Positions 48,095-57,496 are shown, counted from the stretch's first letter. The stretch is 64,000 nucleotides of DNA from a bacterium (GCA_037130265.1 JBAXTI010000001.1:394377-458376); one strand, 5' to 3'. Made by a program: numbers and translations. The notes: a model not told the origin generated them from the letters alone.

Positions 48095-49006
48095 ATGGAC
48101 CTAAAGAAAATAATCCTAAATCTAAGCTTAATTATCGTGACGATATCTATCTTTCTTTTGGTACTAATTGATAAGCCTACGGACAATGGAGAAAATGGAA
48201 ATTTGAGCACTATTTTAGCTTCCGAATACACCCCCTCGGACGCAGATACTTTTGCTGAGTATCTTTTTGATGACAATGACATTCTTGGCTTACTTTCCAA
48301 ATCACCATCCGTGGGCTACAAAACAGGGTTCCCGAGACTTTCTACCCTAACATGGGAAGACCGTGTCTTTTTTGAGAAGAAACCTAGAATCAGTATTGAT
48401 ATTCACTATCCTAGATTTATTGGTGGCACATTTGTGGAAAAGCTAAACGAACATATTGATACAAAAATAAAAGGTTTCGTGGATGAGGATAAGATAAAAT
48501 TAGCAGAATACGTAAAAAATGACCCTGAATCGTTTGGCTCTACACTAGATTTAGTAATTAAATACCGCATGATTGGAGTTCAAAATGGAGTGGTAAGCCT
48601 TGAATTAGGGGTTACCGACTTTACAGGGGGTGGAAACGGTAATCACGATACTCCGTATGTAATAAATTGGGACTTGAAATCTGATAGACTCTTAACCGAT
48701 CGGCAACTTTTCTGTTCCAAAGATTATGTCTCGATAATCGCTCCTATTGCTCGTAAACAAATCCTAGAGAGAATACCCAAAGATTTCAGTCCTGAACTAT
48801 TTGACGACGTCGGCACATATAATATCGTAATTGAGCAGATAAAAATTGGTACTGAGCCACTATCTGATAATTTTGATAATTTACTACCTTATAATGGAGG
48901 TCTGATAGTGGTATTCGCACCGTATCAAGTTCATTCAGGTGCTTCGGGTATTGTCCGTACCTACATTCCAGAAAATAAACTTCCAAATATTATATGCCTT
49001 CCATAA
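48095..49006 (+). CDS. RsiV/DUF3298-DUF4163-like membrane-anchored protein
   Basis: N-terminal TM; IDIHYPRF, GGGNGNH..INWDLKSDRLL, VVFAPYQV..GASG. Confidence 0.75.
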   Translation: MDLKKIILNLSLIIVTISIFLLVLIDKPTDNGENGNLSTILASEYTPSDADTFAEYLFDDNDILGLLSKSPSVGYKTGFPRLSTLTWEDRVFFEKKPRISIDIHYPRFIGGTFVEKLNEHIDTKIKGFVDEDKIKLAEYVKNDPESFGSTLDLVIKYRMIGVQNGVVSLELGVTDFTGGGNGNHDTPYVINWDLKSDRLLTDRQLFCSKDYVSIIAPIARKQILERIPKDFSPELFDDVGTYNIVIEQIKIGTEPLSDNFDNLLPYNGGLIVVFAPYQVHSGASGIVRTYIPENKLPNIICLP

Positions 49007-49136
49007 ATACATCTCTGACTTCGGGCAAGTGCCTCTGTGCCACCCCTGACTGCGCCAAATGTTTGAGTGTAAATTGTACGGAAGATACATGCGTTATCCA
49101 TACCAAATCAGCAAAAGAACGCTGGAAAGCAAATCA

Positions 49137-49247
49137 TCAGCATACATCTGCGGTGGATAAAAAGTAATTTAACATCCCACTAAACTGCAATTCGCTCTTA
49201 ATCTTGGTCCAATTCGCAGTTCTGAATGCGTCCACTGTACGGAGCAC
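49137..49247 (-). other. att-like scar 1 (recombinase alternative C-tail)
   Basis: VLRTVDAFRTANW...; begins at GCTCCG shared with the tRNA-Asn 3' end. Confidence 0.5.
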
Positions 49248-49306
49248 TGTTTTCCCTACTAGATAGAGCACAGAACCTCTGTGATACAATTCACTCATAT
49301 AAAAAT

Positions 49307-49849
49307 ATGAGACGCATAATCGTTCATTTGCTGAGAGGAAACGCGGCTCGTGCACACGAGGACATTACGAAAGACCTGACCTCAAAGTTTGATACTTTTC
49401 CGCTTCACGACCGAATTACCCCACACCTAACAATCAAGCGGTGGTTTGAACTTGACGATAAGGGAATGAAAGCGCTGTATCTATGTCTAGACAATTTTAT
49501 CCAATCACAGAATCAAAGCGATTATGTATTGAGTGGTTTCGGGTCTTTCGGCAAAGAAGTGATCTATGTTGATGTTGTCCCCTCCAAGGAGACACTCTCA
49601 ACTGTCCACGACTTGATGAACAAACTTCGTGATATCCAAGGCCTCACTTTTGATAAATTTGACGAAATAGAAGATGATTTGCATGCCACTGTGGCAATGA
49701 CAGCCTTAAAACCATTTGACTACGAACAGATTTGGAGTTACTTGAAGGCGGGCGTGCAGCCAAATTTTAATATGAAATTCGATAATCTAGCAGTACTCAA
49801 AAGGACTGAGGATAGATGGGTTACAGAACGTGTATGGGAAATCAAATAA
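49307..49849 (+). CDS. 2H phosphoesterase / 2'-5' RNA ligase family protein
   Basis: Two HxT motifs: PHLTI and LHATV. Confidence 0.85.
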   Translation: MRRIIVHLLRGNAARAHEDITKDLTSKFDTFPLHDRITPHLTIKRWFELDDKGMKALYLCLDNFIQSQNQSDYVLSGFGSFGKEVIYVDVVPSKETLSTVHDLMNKLRDIQGLTFDKFDEIEDDLHATVAMTALKPFDYEQIWSYLKAGVQPNFNMKFDNLAVLKRTEDRWVTERVWEIK

Positions 49850-49859
49850 TATAAATAGC

Positions 49860-51416
49860 ATGAAAGTCTCTTTTGAATACAACAAGGAAAAAGACATCTG
49901 GTGCCTTCTAAACAAAGGTAAAAGTTCCAACAACTCTCAAAACCCCACCAAGCCGTAGGAGCAATTAGTCGCACATTGCGGCGAAAATCCCACTCGAGAA
50001 AACGCCTCAGACTTTATTGAAAAATACCTTTCAGATAATCAGATTGATTTGCAGAAATACGCGGCTGACTACGAAAAAGACTGGGAGAATATTTCGAATG
50101 AATGTCAAAAAAGGGCTGAGCTTATTTTCGGTGTTTCACTTCCTGAAAAAATTGTAGCTTACCTAACGATAAACACCCGATGTCCGTATAGCATAGAAAA
50201 TAATTACTTTTTCGTGTCAGTACCTTCGTCTTCCGCGCGGAAAACGACCATGCACGAACTATGGCACTTCTATACCTGGTATAGTCTCGGCATCAACCAA
50301 GTGGAAAAGTTAGGAAAAGAAAAATACAATGATCTGAAAGAGGCTTTAACTGTGCTACTTAACGTAGAGTTTCGAGACCTACTTCCCGAAGGAATAATTG
50401 ATGCCGGCTACCCCCAACATAAAGAGCTTAGGGATAAAATTCTAAAATTCTGGGAAAAAGATAGAAATATTATCAATCTGTGGAACTACCTAAATGATGT
50501 AGACACCTATAGTCTCGTTAATAATAATGATTTAAAACTCAAAATCCAGGAACTACTAGGAAGAAAAATCGCTAAATTTTCTCTGAAAGGAAAAGGTGCG
50601 GTTAATTATGCATATTACGTAGAATCCGAAGATGGTGAAAAGTTCATTATCAAGCAGGAACGTAATAATAAGGAATTCCAGCCACAAAATGATCTGATTA
50701 CTGAAGCTAAAGTTGCCAAACAGTTGTATACCTTAGAATTATCTACACCTACGCCCAGGGTTGTCTTTGTTTCAGAAGATCCTAAAATGTACGGGTACAA
50801 ATATATCGAGGGAGATTTATTACGAGAGGTGTGGCAAAATTTTACAGAAGACGAGAAAGTCAACGTCTGTCGTAAACTCGGCTATTTTCACGGAGAAATT
50901 GGTAAAAAATTTACCAAAGAAATGGCGGGAGATGTTGGCATAATAATCGACATGTCGGCAGACCTTCATCCTGAGGTTTCCACTGACTACAATCGGTTGA
51001 TCCTTGATGCAAACGTGCCAGAAAATTTTAAAACGCTCGTCAAAGAGGCCCGCTCTATTTTTGATAGAACACAAGACAGACTCGTATTCCAGTTTCTTCA
51101 TAACGACTCACACCACGAAAATATTATCATTAAGGATAAAATGATTTCCGGAATAATTGATTTCGGTAATGCTGAATACGGTGAAGTAACTAAAGAATTT
51201 TCTCGGTACATCAGAGACTTTCCCAACCATTTTCAATATATCGTTTCAGCATATGAAGAACAGTCGGGGAATAAGCTTTCTTCGGAGCATCTTATTAGTA
51301 ATTCACTAATTTCCGGTTTTATTGATATTGTAGATAATTACAAAAAAGGCGGTAAAAGTCGTACGGAAGCAGAAACTATGATAAAAACCTACGCGAATCT
51401 CCTCAAGTTGTACTGA
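49860..51416 (+). pseudogene. HExxH-domain plus aminoglycoside-phosphotransferase-like kinase fusion with in-frame TAG at codon 33
   Basis: ATG 49860 is in frame with the 50049 ORF; TAG at 49956-58; MHELWH; GKGAVN, HNDSHHENII, IIDFG. Confidence 0.7.
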
Positions 51417-51420
51417 TGAT

Positions 51421-51462
51421 TCATGACAAACAGGTTCCCACAGCCTCAACGAGTCGGAGCCG
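51421..51462 (-). other. att-like scar 2
   Basis: RLRLVEAVGTCLS*; CGGAGCC core; 23 bp identical to 53572-94. Confidence 0.5.
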
Positions 51463-51502
51463 CAAAGAAAAAACACTCTATCTTGAGTGTTTTTTCTTTT
51501 GC
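51462..51502 (+). terminator. Intrinsic terminator after scar 2
   Basis: AAAGAAAAAACACTC-TATCTT-GAGTGTTTTTTCTTT. Confidence 0.75.
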
Positions 51503-51610
51503 CAATTTCGATTGTGGACAGAAGATCGGATGACGATGAATATTTGACATTAAACTATATTCATTATATTATACTTCCAGCATCAAAAATCCTGAAGAAA
51601 GAACCTTACA

Positions 51611-52060
51611 ATGAAGATTACAATTGACGTCTGTCTATATCCAGGCACACTACCCGGATCAACTGCATCGCGGCATTCAGCAACATTAGATCTAGCAACA
51701 CTTGAAGAGATGGGGGGTGTATTCGAAAAACAAAAAGCTGAGGCGCGAAGAATAGTCAGCCCGTCGAACCTCATCCTTGCCAAACGTTTCGAAATCGAAT
51801 TGACCCCCAGACTCCTAAAGGAACTGCTCGTGGCTCACACTAAGGGCCACATCTCAGATTACGTATTTAATTTTAGCTGTGTTACTGAGCTTCACCGACA
51901 TTGTCTACATTTGATTAGTCTGAGAACTGGGTATGACGCCGAACAAAATACACTTGGTTTTATCAACGCCCTGACAGACATGGACAAAGTAGGGATTCTC
52001 ATCTCTGAGGGATGGGAGCTTCTCAACGAAGGCTTCGCACGCAAGCATGGGCTCATCTAG
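51611..52060 (+). CDS. Hypothetical protein (solo cassette)
   Basis: 149-aa ORF with promoter TTGACA-17-TATTAT (51544-72). Confidence 0.6.
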   Translation: MKITIDVCLYPGTLPGSTASRHSATLDLATLEEMGGVFEKQKAEARRIVSPSNLILAKRFEIELTPRLLKELLVAHTKGHISDYVFNFSCVTELHRHCLHLISLRTGYDAEQNTLGFINALTDMDKVGILISEGWELLNEGFARKHGLI

Positions 52061-52124
52061 AGAAGTTGACTCGCGCACAACCGAACACCGCAAGGTAAGT
52101 AGGTTTTTTATTTGCAAACATGCG

Positions 52125-52250
52125 CACATCGTGAACGTCTAGGCGGGTGCATAGAAGTTCAGCAGACCACTAACCTCCCTACTCGCCACATCCACATCTC
52201 CCAAAGCCGCCGACCACTCCACGGTTCGAAACGCGGACTGCCAGGCGAGC
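52125..52250. repeat. 126-bp direct repeat copy 1 (att-like scar 3)
   Basis: About 86% identical, ungapped, to 52894-53019; minus strand reads LAWQSAFRTVEW...YAPA*. Confidence 0.9.
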
Positions 52251-52300
52251 AGAATACCTCACCCACTTGCGCACGTCACAGATTCGTGTATAATTATCAT

Positions 52301-52356
52301 ATCACCACGAAAAAGACCCTTGTGTAGATACGTCTACATCGGGGGCTTTTTCTTTT
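52301..52356 (+). ncRNA. Putative small RNA convergent on NYN gene 2
   Basis: TTGCGC-16-TATAAT (52267-94); ATCACCACGAAA, stem with TGTAGA-TACG-TCTACA apex, TTTTTCTTTT. Confidence 0.5.
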
Positions 52357-52845
52357 ATGACCCGATGAGCTGATCAGAAAACTTGTGGTATTGCTCATTT
52401 AGAAAGGTAATCTCAACATTTTTGTTCTTGAGTAAGATTGAACACTTTTTTCTGTCTGGAGCGATTACCCCACCCAATGCAGAATTACTTGCAAGAAACT
52501 CCACAAGACAGCCGAAATCACCATCGCCGGTTACAAGTAGGCATTTATCGAAAGCTTTTGTGTAAAAATCAGAAACTGTTTTGAGCACTAGCTCCGCATC
52601 ACAATTACCCTTCACCACCCCACCCACAGAAACAGTCTGTTTAAAAACCAAGATAAAGCCACACTCCTGAAGAAACTCATAAAATTTAACCCGGTCGGGC
52701 ACAAGACCAATGAAAAGGTACACCTGTGCTGGGTTGTATTTTTGACGCATCCAACCTCTCAGCTTTTATAATCAATCGAAAAGCCTAGCTCTTTCGCGCT
52801 TCTGTAAAGGTTATTCCCGTCGATGTAGATATTGACCTTGTCCAT
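52355..52845 (-). pseudogene. NYN/LabA/DUF88 (PIN-like) RNase with a 1-nt frameshift
   Basis: MDKVNIYIDGNNLY..IDYK / LRGWMRQKY..KGNCDAELV..TGDGDF; A4 run at 52764-67 is one base short. Confidence 0.85.
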
Positions 52846-52893
52846 AAAGGTCATTTTATCACATCGTATAATCAGGTGTTTTACCTGCACATA

Positions 52894-53019
52894 CACATCG
52901 TGAACGTCTAGGTGGGTACACAGAGATTCAACAGACCTCTAACTTCCCTATTCGCCGCTTCCGCATCTCCCAATGCCTTCGCCCACTCCACGGTTCGAAA
53001 CGTGGACTACCAGGCGAGC
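52894..53019. repeat. 126-bp direct repeat copy 2 (att-like scar 4)
   Basis: Minus strand reads LAW*STFRTVEW...CVPT*. Confidence 0.9.
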
Positions 53020-53195
53020 CCTCTTTTTCCCCATATTCCTCAACGTATTTTTGGAGACCCTGGGATGGGTGGGTCGAACGTGGTGGTGTATGTGGTATTT
53101 GAATATGTTGACAAAAGCCATTATACTTGTTATTATCATTGAAGCAATCTACCGCCATCGGACGTACTCCGACCTTAGTTGTTCGAAAGGAATAT

Positions 53196-53501
53196 ATGAG
53201 CTCAAGAAATATCTGCGACAAGTGCGGACGTGAAGTTCCTCCCCATAATAATCTACAATTACTGGTGGATGAATGGTTTCATTTGAAGAAACAGGTGAAC
53301 TACGCTGCGTGGGGATGCCGGCACATCCTTCCGGTAATGGAAAACGGTAAAGCCATCTGCGAAGGTTCGCCGAGCCGCGCCCAATACCTCGAAGGGCAGC
53401 CTCACGATCCCAGGCCGGAATACCCACATCTCGGAGGAGAAGTTGAGAATGAGTTCCGAACGGCTTACCGCCGACTCTTGGCGAAGCATCCTTTGCCATA
53501 G
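53196..53501 (+). CDS. Small Cys/His-containing hypothetical protein
   Basis: CDKC, RH, CEGSPSRAQYLEG; promoter TTGACA-17-TATTAT (53108-36); SD AAAGGA. Confidence 0.7.
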   Translation: MSSRNICDKCGREVPPHNNLQLLVDEWFHLKKQVNYAAWGCRHILPVMENGKAICEGSPSRAQYLEGQPHDPRPEYPHLGGEVENEFRTAYRRLLAKHPLP

Positions 53502-53525
53502 AACGAATCCTGATTTTACAGCCCC

Positions 53526-53568
53526 ACCCCGCCCCAGCGCACGCTGTGTGGCGGTTTTTTATTTCCCC
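53526..53568 (+). terminator. Shared cassette terminator, copy 1
   Basis: ACCCCGCCCCAGC-GCAC-GCTGTGTGGCGGTTTTTTATTTCCCC. Confidence 0.8.
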
Positions 53569-53603
53569 ACCCAGGTTCCCACAGCCTCAACGAGGCGCGA
53601 CAC
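53559..53603 (-). other. att-like scar 5
   Basis: VSRLVEAVGTWVGK*; CAGGTTCCCACAGCCTCAACGAG identical to 51431-53. Confidence 0.5.
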
Positions 53604-53701
53604 GATGGAGACAGATTGAACCCCCTTTACATTTCCCATCTCGGTCCATAGTATACAAATCAGACCGGCAACCTCGACATTTCCGAAACAGAGACAAATC
53701 T

Positions 53702-54340
53702 ATGAATACACCGACACTCGCAACACAGCCCCCCCTCGACTCAAAAGGCCGGCCGATTCAAAAGGGATCAATCGTCGGCATGGCCAATCCTCAAGGTCAT
53801 TGGTCGTTATATCAAGGCCTAGTAGTAGAGCCGAACACCGACCTCGAAGGCGACGAATACACCGTGGCTGTTTTCTTCGACCGAGAAGTCTGTGAATCCA
53901 ACTTCCGGTGCCGAAGTTGGCTCAAAAAGGGCCTCATGGACCCCGCAGAGTGGGACAAGCAACACCGCACCGGCAGCCACGAGCTCCTACTGACCACTGA
54001 GCATTGGACGATCTGCCCTCGAATCGTCTTCTTTCGGCCAGAGGAACTGATAGTCGAAGACGCTTGGAAATTTGAACACTTGGTGAATCGTGTGTTCCCA
54101 AAGTATTGGCAATACCACACGATCTCATTCCCTCTTACTCCGGGTAGCCACGCCTGCTGGCTTGAGCAGTGTTCTGGAGTAGCAACCGACATGGCGCTAG
54201 TCAACGTCTGGGGATTGATTTACCCCATGTATGTCTGTCGTCCCTGTTTTGAAAAATGGAACGGCCTTCGTTCAGACGGTCTGCCTGCACACAAAAAACC
54301 GTTACCAGGCAAGCCCGCTGAAATGGCAGAGGCAGCCTGA
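53702..54340 (+). CDS. Hypothetical protein with C-terminal Cys cluster
   Basis: DSKGRPIQKGSIV SH3-like start; CWLEQC..CRPC. Confidence 0.7.
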   Translation: MNTPTLATQPPLDSKGRPIQKGSIVGMANPQGHWSLYQGLVVEPNTDLEGDEYTVAVFFDREVCESNFRCRSWLKKGLMDPAEWDKQHRTGSHELLLTTEHWTICPRIVFFRPEELIVEDAWKFEHLVNRVFPKYWQYHTISFPLTPGSHACWLEQCSGVATDMALVNVWGLIYPMYVCRPCFEKWNGLRSDGLPAHKKPLPGKPAEMAEAA

Positions 54341-54361
54341 GCCAAGGTCGCAATGTCACCT

Positions 54362-54404
54362 ACCCCGCCCCAGCTCACGCTAGGGCGGGTTTTTTTATTT
54401 CCCC
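54362..54404 (+). terminator. Shared cassette terminator, copy 2
   Basis: ACCCCGCCCCAGC-TCAC-GCTAGGGCGGGTTTTTTTATTTCCCC. Confidence 0.8.
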
Positions 54405-54613
54405 TATTTACTACCGCCCACCAGTCATTTTCTTAATCGCGAACACCTCAATATTCTTAATCTTCACATTTTTCTTGTAGGCATCCACAGATCGCTTCTG
54501 CGCCTTCGCAGCATTCCAGTTTTTCTTTGAATTTGACATGTGCATATTTTATCACAACCGACACCAACGAGAAGTGTTATCTATTTACTCCCCCCAAAAA
54601 ATGTCGCAACAAC

Positions 54614-54650
54614 ACCCCGCCCCAGCACAAGCTGTGGCGGGTTTTTTATT
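54614..54650 (+). terminator. Shared cassette terminator, copy 3
   Basis: ACCCCGCCCCAGC-ACAA-GCTGTGGCGGGTTTTTTATT. Confidence 0.8.
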
Positions 54651-54729
54651 ACACGACAAGCCTGAATGCCCACAGCGCGATATTGGACACCATCTATGTT
54701 CTGTGCTATAATAAATACCGAACCGTTCT

Positions 54730-55281
54730 TTGCTACTCAAGGCACTGCACAGAACACAACCAACGGGAGGATTTCTGAAAAAAATTGAACGTTACATTAA
54801 CGAAGAGTGGCGTGGGATGGATGTAGTCACAGCCGTCATCTGCGCAGTGATGATCGACCTCACAGTCAACTTCTCCATGCGTGCACTTCTCGTCCAGCTC
54901 GACTTTTTGCCGACCAATGGAAAAACCAAGCTGGCCGACCTTGCATTATTGACGACCTGGGTCAGGATTATCATTGAGGACCCTCTCATGGAAGAAATTC
55001 TATTCCGCGGTCCCCTTGCGGCCGTTGCTTACAAATACAAGCAGTTCGAAAGAGTCATCGCCTGGACTCTCATCTCCTCAATTCTATTCGGACTGGCGCA
55101 CGGTGGCCCTGCAAATATCCTTATGCAGGGCCTCGGAGGAATCACCTACAGCGTCGTTTTCCTAAAGAGTGGTGGTCTGCACGGCAATCCACTGAAAGGC
55201 CTACTAGCGAGCTCCTCCTGCCATGCCCTGTTCAATCTCATCGTCGGAACAATGGCAGTTTTAGGCCAAAGACCACATTAG
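54730..55281 (+). CDS. CPBP (Abi/CAAX) intramembrane glutamic endopeptidase
   Basis: EEILFRG, FGLAH, HALFN; start uncertain. Confidence 0.88.
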   Translation: MLLKALHRTQPTGGFLKKIERYINEEWRGMDVVTAVICAVMIDLTVNFSMRALLVQLDFLPTNGKTKLADLALLTTWVRIIIEDPLMEEILFRGPLAAVAYKYKQFERVIAWTLISSILFGLAHGGPANILMQGLGGITYSVVFLKSGGLHGNPLKGLLASSSCHALFNLIVGTMAVLGQRPH

Positions 55282-55324
55282 CGCATCCCACCCCGAGCCA
55301 GAGCTCGGGTGGGATTTTTTATTT

Positions 55325-55585
55325 TCATCTATTCCCCCGATGCGCACATCCCGCCCAACAGCACGGCCGGCGCTTCCCTGCCGCAAGATTTTCAGTCATA
55401 ATCCTCATCCGACTCTCCCTTGTTTCAATTTTTTTCGCAGACTCGATCCAGCAGATCCATTCATTGCGTGCGAGCGGAGTGATATCTTGCCACACATCAA
55501 GAACCACAACCTTAGAAATGAGCGCCTTTCGCAGATCTGCAGGCACGCTATGTACCGTACCCCCAGCAATTCCGTTTGTTACCAT
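55325..55585 (-). CDS. YdeI/OmpD-associated family protein
   Basis: VPADLRKAL, ITPLARNEWICWIESAKK.ETR, RRPCCWAGC. Confidence 0.88.
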   Translation of the reverse strand: MVTNGIAGGTVHSVPADLRKALISKVVVLDVWQDITPLARNEWICWIESAKKIETRESRMRIMTENLAAGKRRPCCWAGCAHRGNR

Positions 55586-55736
55586 GGAATAATGGTAGCA
55601 AATTCACAGGGTTATAGATATCCGAATGACTTTAACCGGTAAATATTGACAATAATGTACTGACATGTTACTATTCATATCAGCGTGTCTTCCTAATCAA
55701 GGAAGATGCAAGGTTCACCAAAAATAGACACAGCTC

Positions 55737-56495
55737 ATGGACACAAAGCCACGGAAACCCCGAACAATTTGGACGGATGAAGAAGTGCAAAAAGTGATCG
55801 AAAGGGCGGTGGAAATTTCCCTGAACGACCGCGAGTTTCTGTGGGCGTTCATCGCTCGGGCACAGATCGTTCTGCCGATGGAACGGCGCCGCAGCATCGT
55901 TGGCAGAAACACGGTGACAGAAGACCTCATCGAACAGTTCGTCCAGGAGAGGCAGCAGTTCTTGGATCAATGTGTCCCCAGTCAAGTGAACATTGAAACG
56001 CGTGTGACAGTAGAACGACCTCGGTCGGAGATACTAAAGAGCATCAACACCGCGGAGCTACTGCATCTGCTCGCCCAACACCTGGCGCCGATCATCGACA
56101 ACCTACCCGCCATGTTGCGCATGCTCCAAGAAAAAACTGACCGCTCCGCTCTTTCTGAACCAGCCTCAGCAGGAAGTGATCTGGAAAGGCGCCCGACACC
56201 CGAACCGACCCCAAAGCGCCTGCCCCGTATCTTGCTCTACGGTTTTCTACCCGGACAAGCGAAGAAAATCGTGGAAAGAACCAAAGGATTCCAGCTTGAA
56301 CTGGTGTTCTACGAGAAATCGAAGCAGTTGTCGGGAACGCCTCCCACTTGCCAGTGGTGCGTGGTGCTCAACAAGACCACACACAGCGTCACCCACAAGC
56401 TCAAGACCCAGCACGGCGACAGAGTAACCCTCGTCGAAGGTATCGACAGGACCGTAGGATTCCTCGCCGACCTCAATTCGAGAAAAGACCTGTAG
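55737..56495 (+). CDS. Hypothetical protein (solo cassette)
   Basis: 252-aa ORF; promoter TTGACA-17-TACTAT (55646-74); terminator about 56519-56553. Confidence 0.7.
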   Translation: MDTKPRKPRTIWTDEEVQKVIERAVEISLNDREFLWAFIARAQIVLPMERRRSIVGRNTVTEDLIEQFVQERQQFLDQCVPSQVNIETRVTVERPRSEILKSINTAELLHLLAQHLAPIIDNLPAMLRMLQEKTDRSALSEPASAGSDLERRPTPEPTPKRLPRILLYGFLPGQAKKIVERTKGFQLELVFYEKSKQLSGTPPTCQWCVVLNKTTHSVTHKLKTQHGDRVTLVEGIDRTVGFLADLNSRKDL

Positions 56496-56579
56496 TTGGT
56501 CCATCGACCCACCTCACCCCACCCCAAGCAACGCTTCGGGTGGTATTTTTTTATCCCTGCCATTTGCTATACTTCCTCT

Positions 56580-57485
56580 ATGAAAATACATCAACTAGAC
56601 CGACCAGTGCTCAGCGCAGCACTCTTCCTCATCTTCTCCATTTTCTTCGTCTCCTCCGTTTTCCTCATCGGCACCAACATCGCCCATGCCACTGTCGGCG
56701 GCCCTACCCTCGTCTACGATTTCACATACAACCCAGCAGACGAATCGGTGTACTATATTCGCAATTCCCAGAATGGTCGAGGTTGCCCACCAGAGCTATT
56801 GAAATTATCATTGGTCACGGGCACCTCACAGGTTGCCTTCTCCTGCGACGAAGGCGAAAAGCTCCTTGTGCCGGCGAACGATTACAACTCCTCCCCCGTC
56901 AACACGAAGATCACCTCGCTCACCAACGGCTTCAAACCACTCACCCCGATACACTTGGAGAAAAATGACCTTTCTGTCAAAATGCGCTTCGTGAATTACG
57001 AAAACGTTGCGCCGGATGTAAACGAGATTGTGAAGGCCAATTTTTTCGCCACGATCTCCCAGGCTGGCAAGAAGCTCGTCGAGTTCCCCGTTGTTGGCTG
57101 CAACGAAACACAGCCTTTCACCTTTGCTGGCTACGCGATCCCCGGCTTCGAGAAAAAGATCGTTCTCCTCCTCTCTGCGAAGGGCGATTGTTGGGAAGGC
57201 GGCTATATCTACGAAAGCCTGCACGTTGTCGGTGGAGTGACAGTACTCGACAGAACATCTGTTGTTGATTTCGACAAAGTAAATGCACCGCTGATCGCAG
57301 CCAATGGCACACTGGAGGTAACTACTGCTGACAAAGACATTGCATCAGCCGCAACGACAACCAACACAACAGCGAACACCCCTCCTAAAAATACCAGAAG
57401 TGCCATCGAACTGGCACTTCTCCTCGTCGGCGCCGTCGTCATCGGTCTTGTAGCCGGCGTTGCTTTGGGCAAGATTAAAAAATAA
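56580..57485 (+). CDS. Secreted, C-terminally anchored hypothetical protein
   Basis: Signal peptide ending AHA; paired Cys; Thr-rich linker; C-terminal TM plus KIKK. Confidence 0.75.
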   Translation: MKIHQLDRPVLSAALFLIFSIFFVSSVFLIGTNIAHATVGGPTLVYDFTYNPADESVYYIRNSQNGRGCPPELLKLSLVTGTSQVAFSCDEGEKLLVPANDYNSSPVNTKITSLTNGFKPLTPIHLEKNDLSVKMRFVNYENVAPDVNEIVKANFFATISQAGKKLVEFPVVGCNETQPFTFAGYAIPGFEKKIVLLLSAKGDCWEGGYIYESLHVVGGVTVLDRTSVVDFDKVNAPLIAANGTLEVTTADKDIASAATTTNTTANTPPKNTRSAIELALLLVGAVVIGLVAGVALGKIKK

Positions 57486-57496
57486 CCAAAAATACC

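Larger units (their letters stand above)
47297..51461. mobile_element. Decayed AT-rich integrated element(s) at tRNA-Asn
   Basis: Visibly lower GC; recombinase remnant at left end; tRNA 3' core CGGAGC(C) recurs at 49240-45 and 51455-61, the latter followed by a terminator. Confidence 0.65.

Noticed and set aside
49956-49958. Stop-codon recoding suggested by in-frame TAG/TAA in island genes
   Set aside because: TAG, TAA and TGA all terminate conserved core genes here (cysS, rpmA, csaA); the internal stops are confined to decaying accessory DNA.
54411-54525. Minus-strand fragment KNWNAAKAQKRSVDAYKKNVKIKNIEVFAIKKMTGGR*
   Set aside because: Probably a gene remnant, but it has no start codon or recognisable family.
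52125-54650. CRISPR array or DGR suggested by the repeats
   Set aside because: The repeats are irregularly spaced with gene-sized intervals, there is no cas or reverse transcriptase gene, and mismatches between the 126-bp copies are not adenine-specific.
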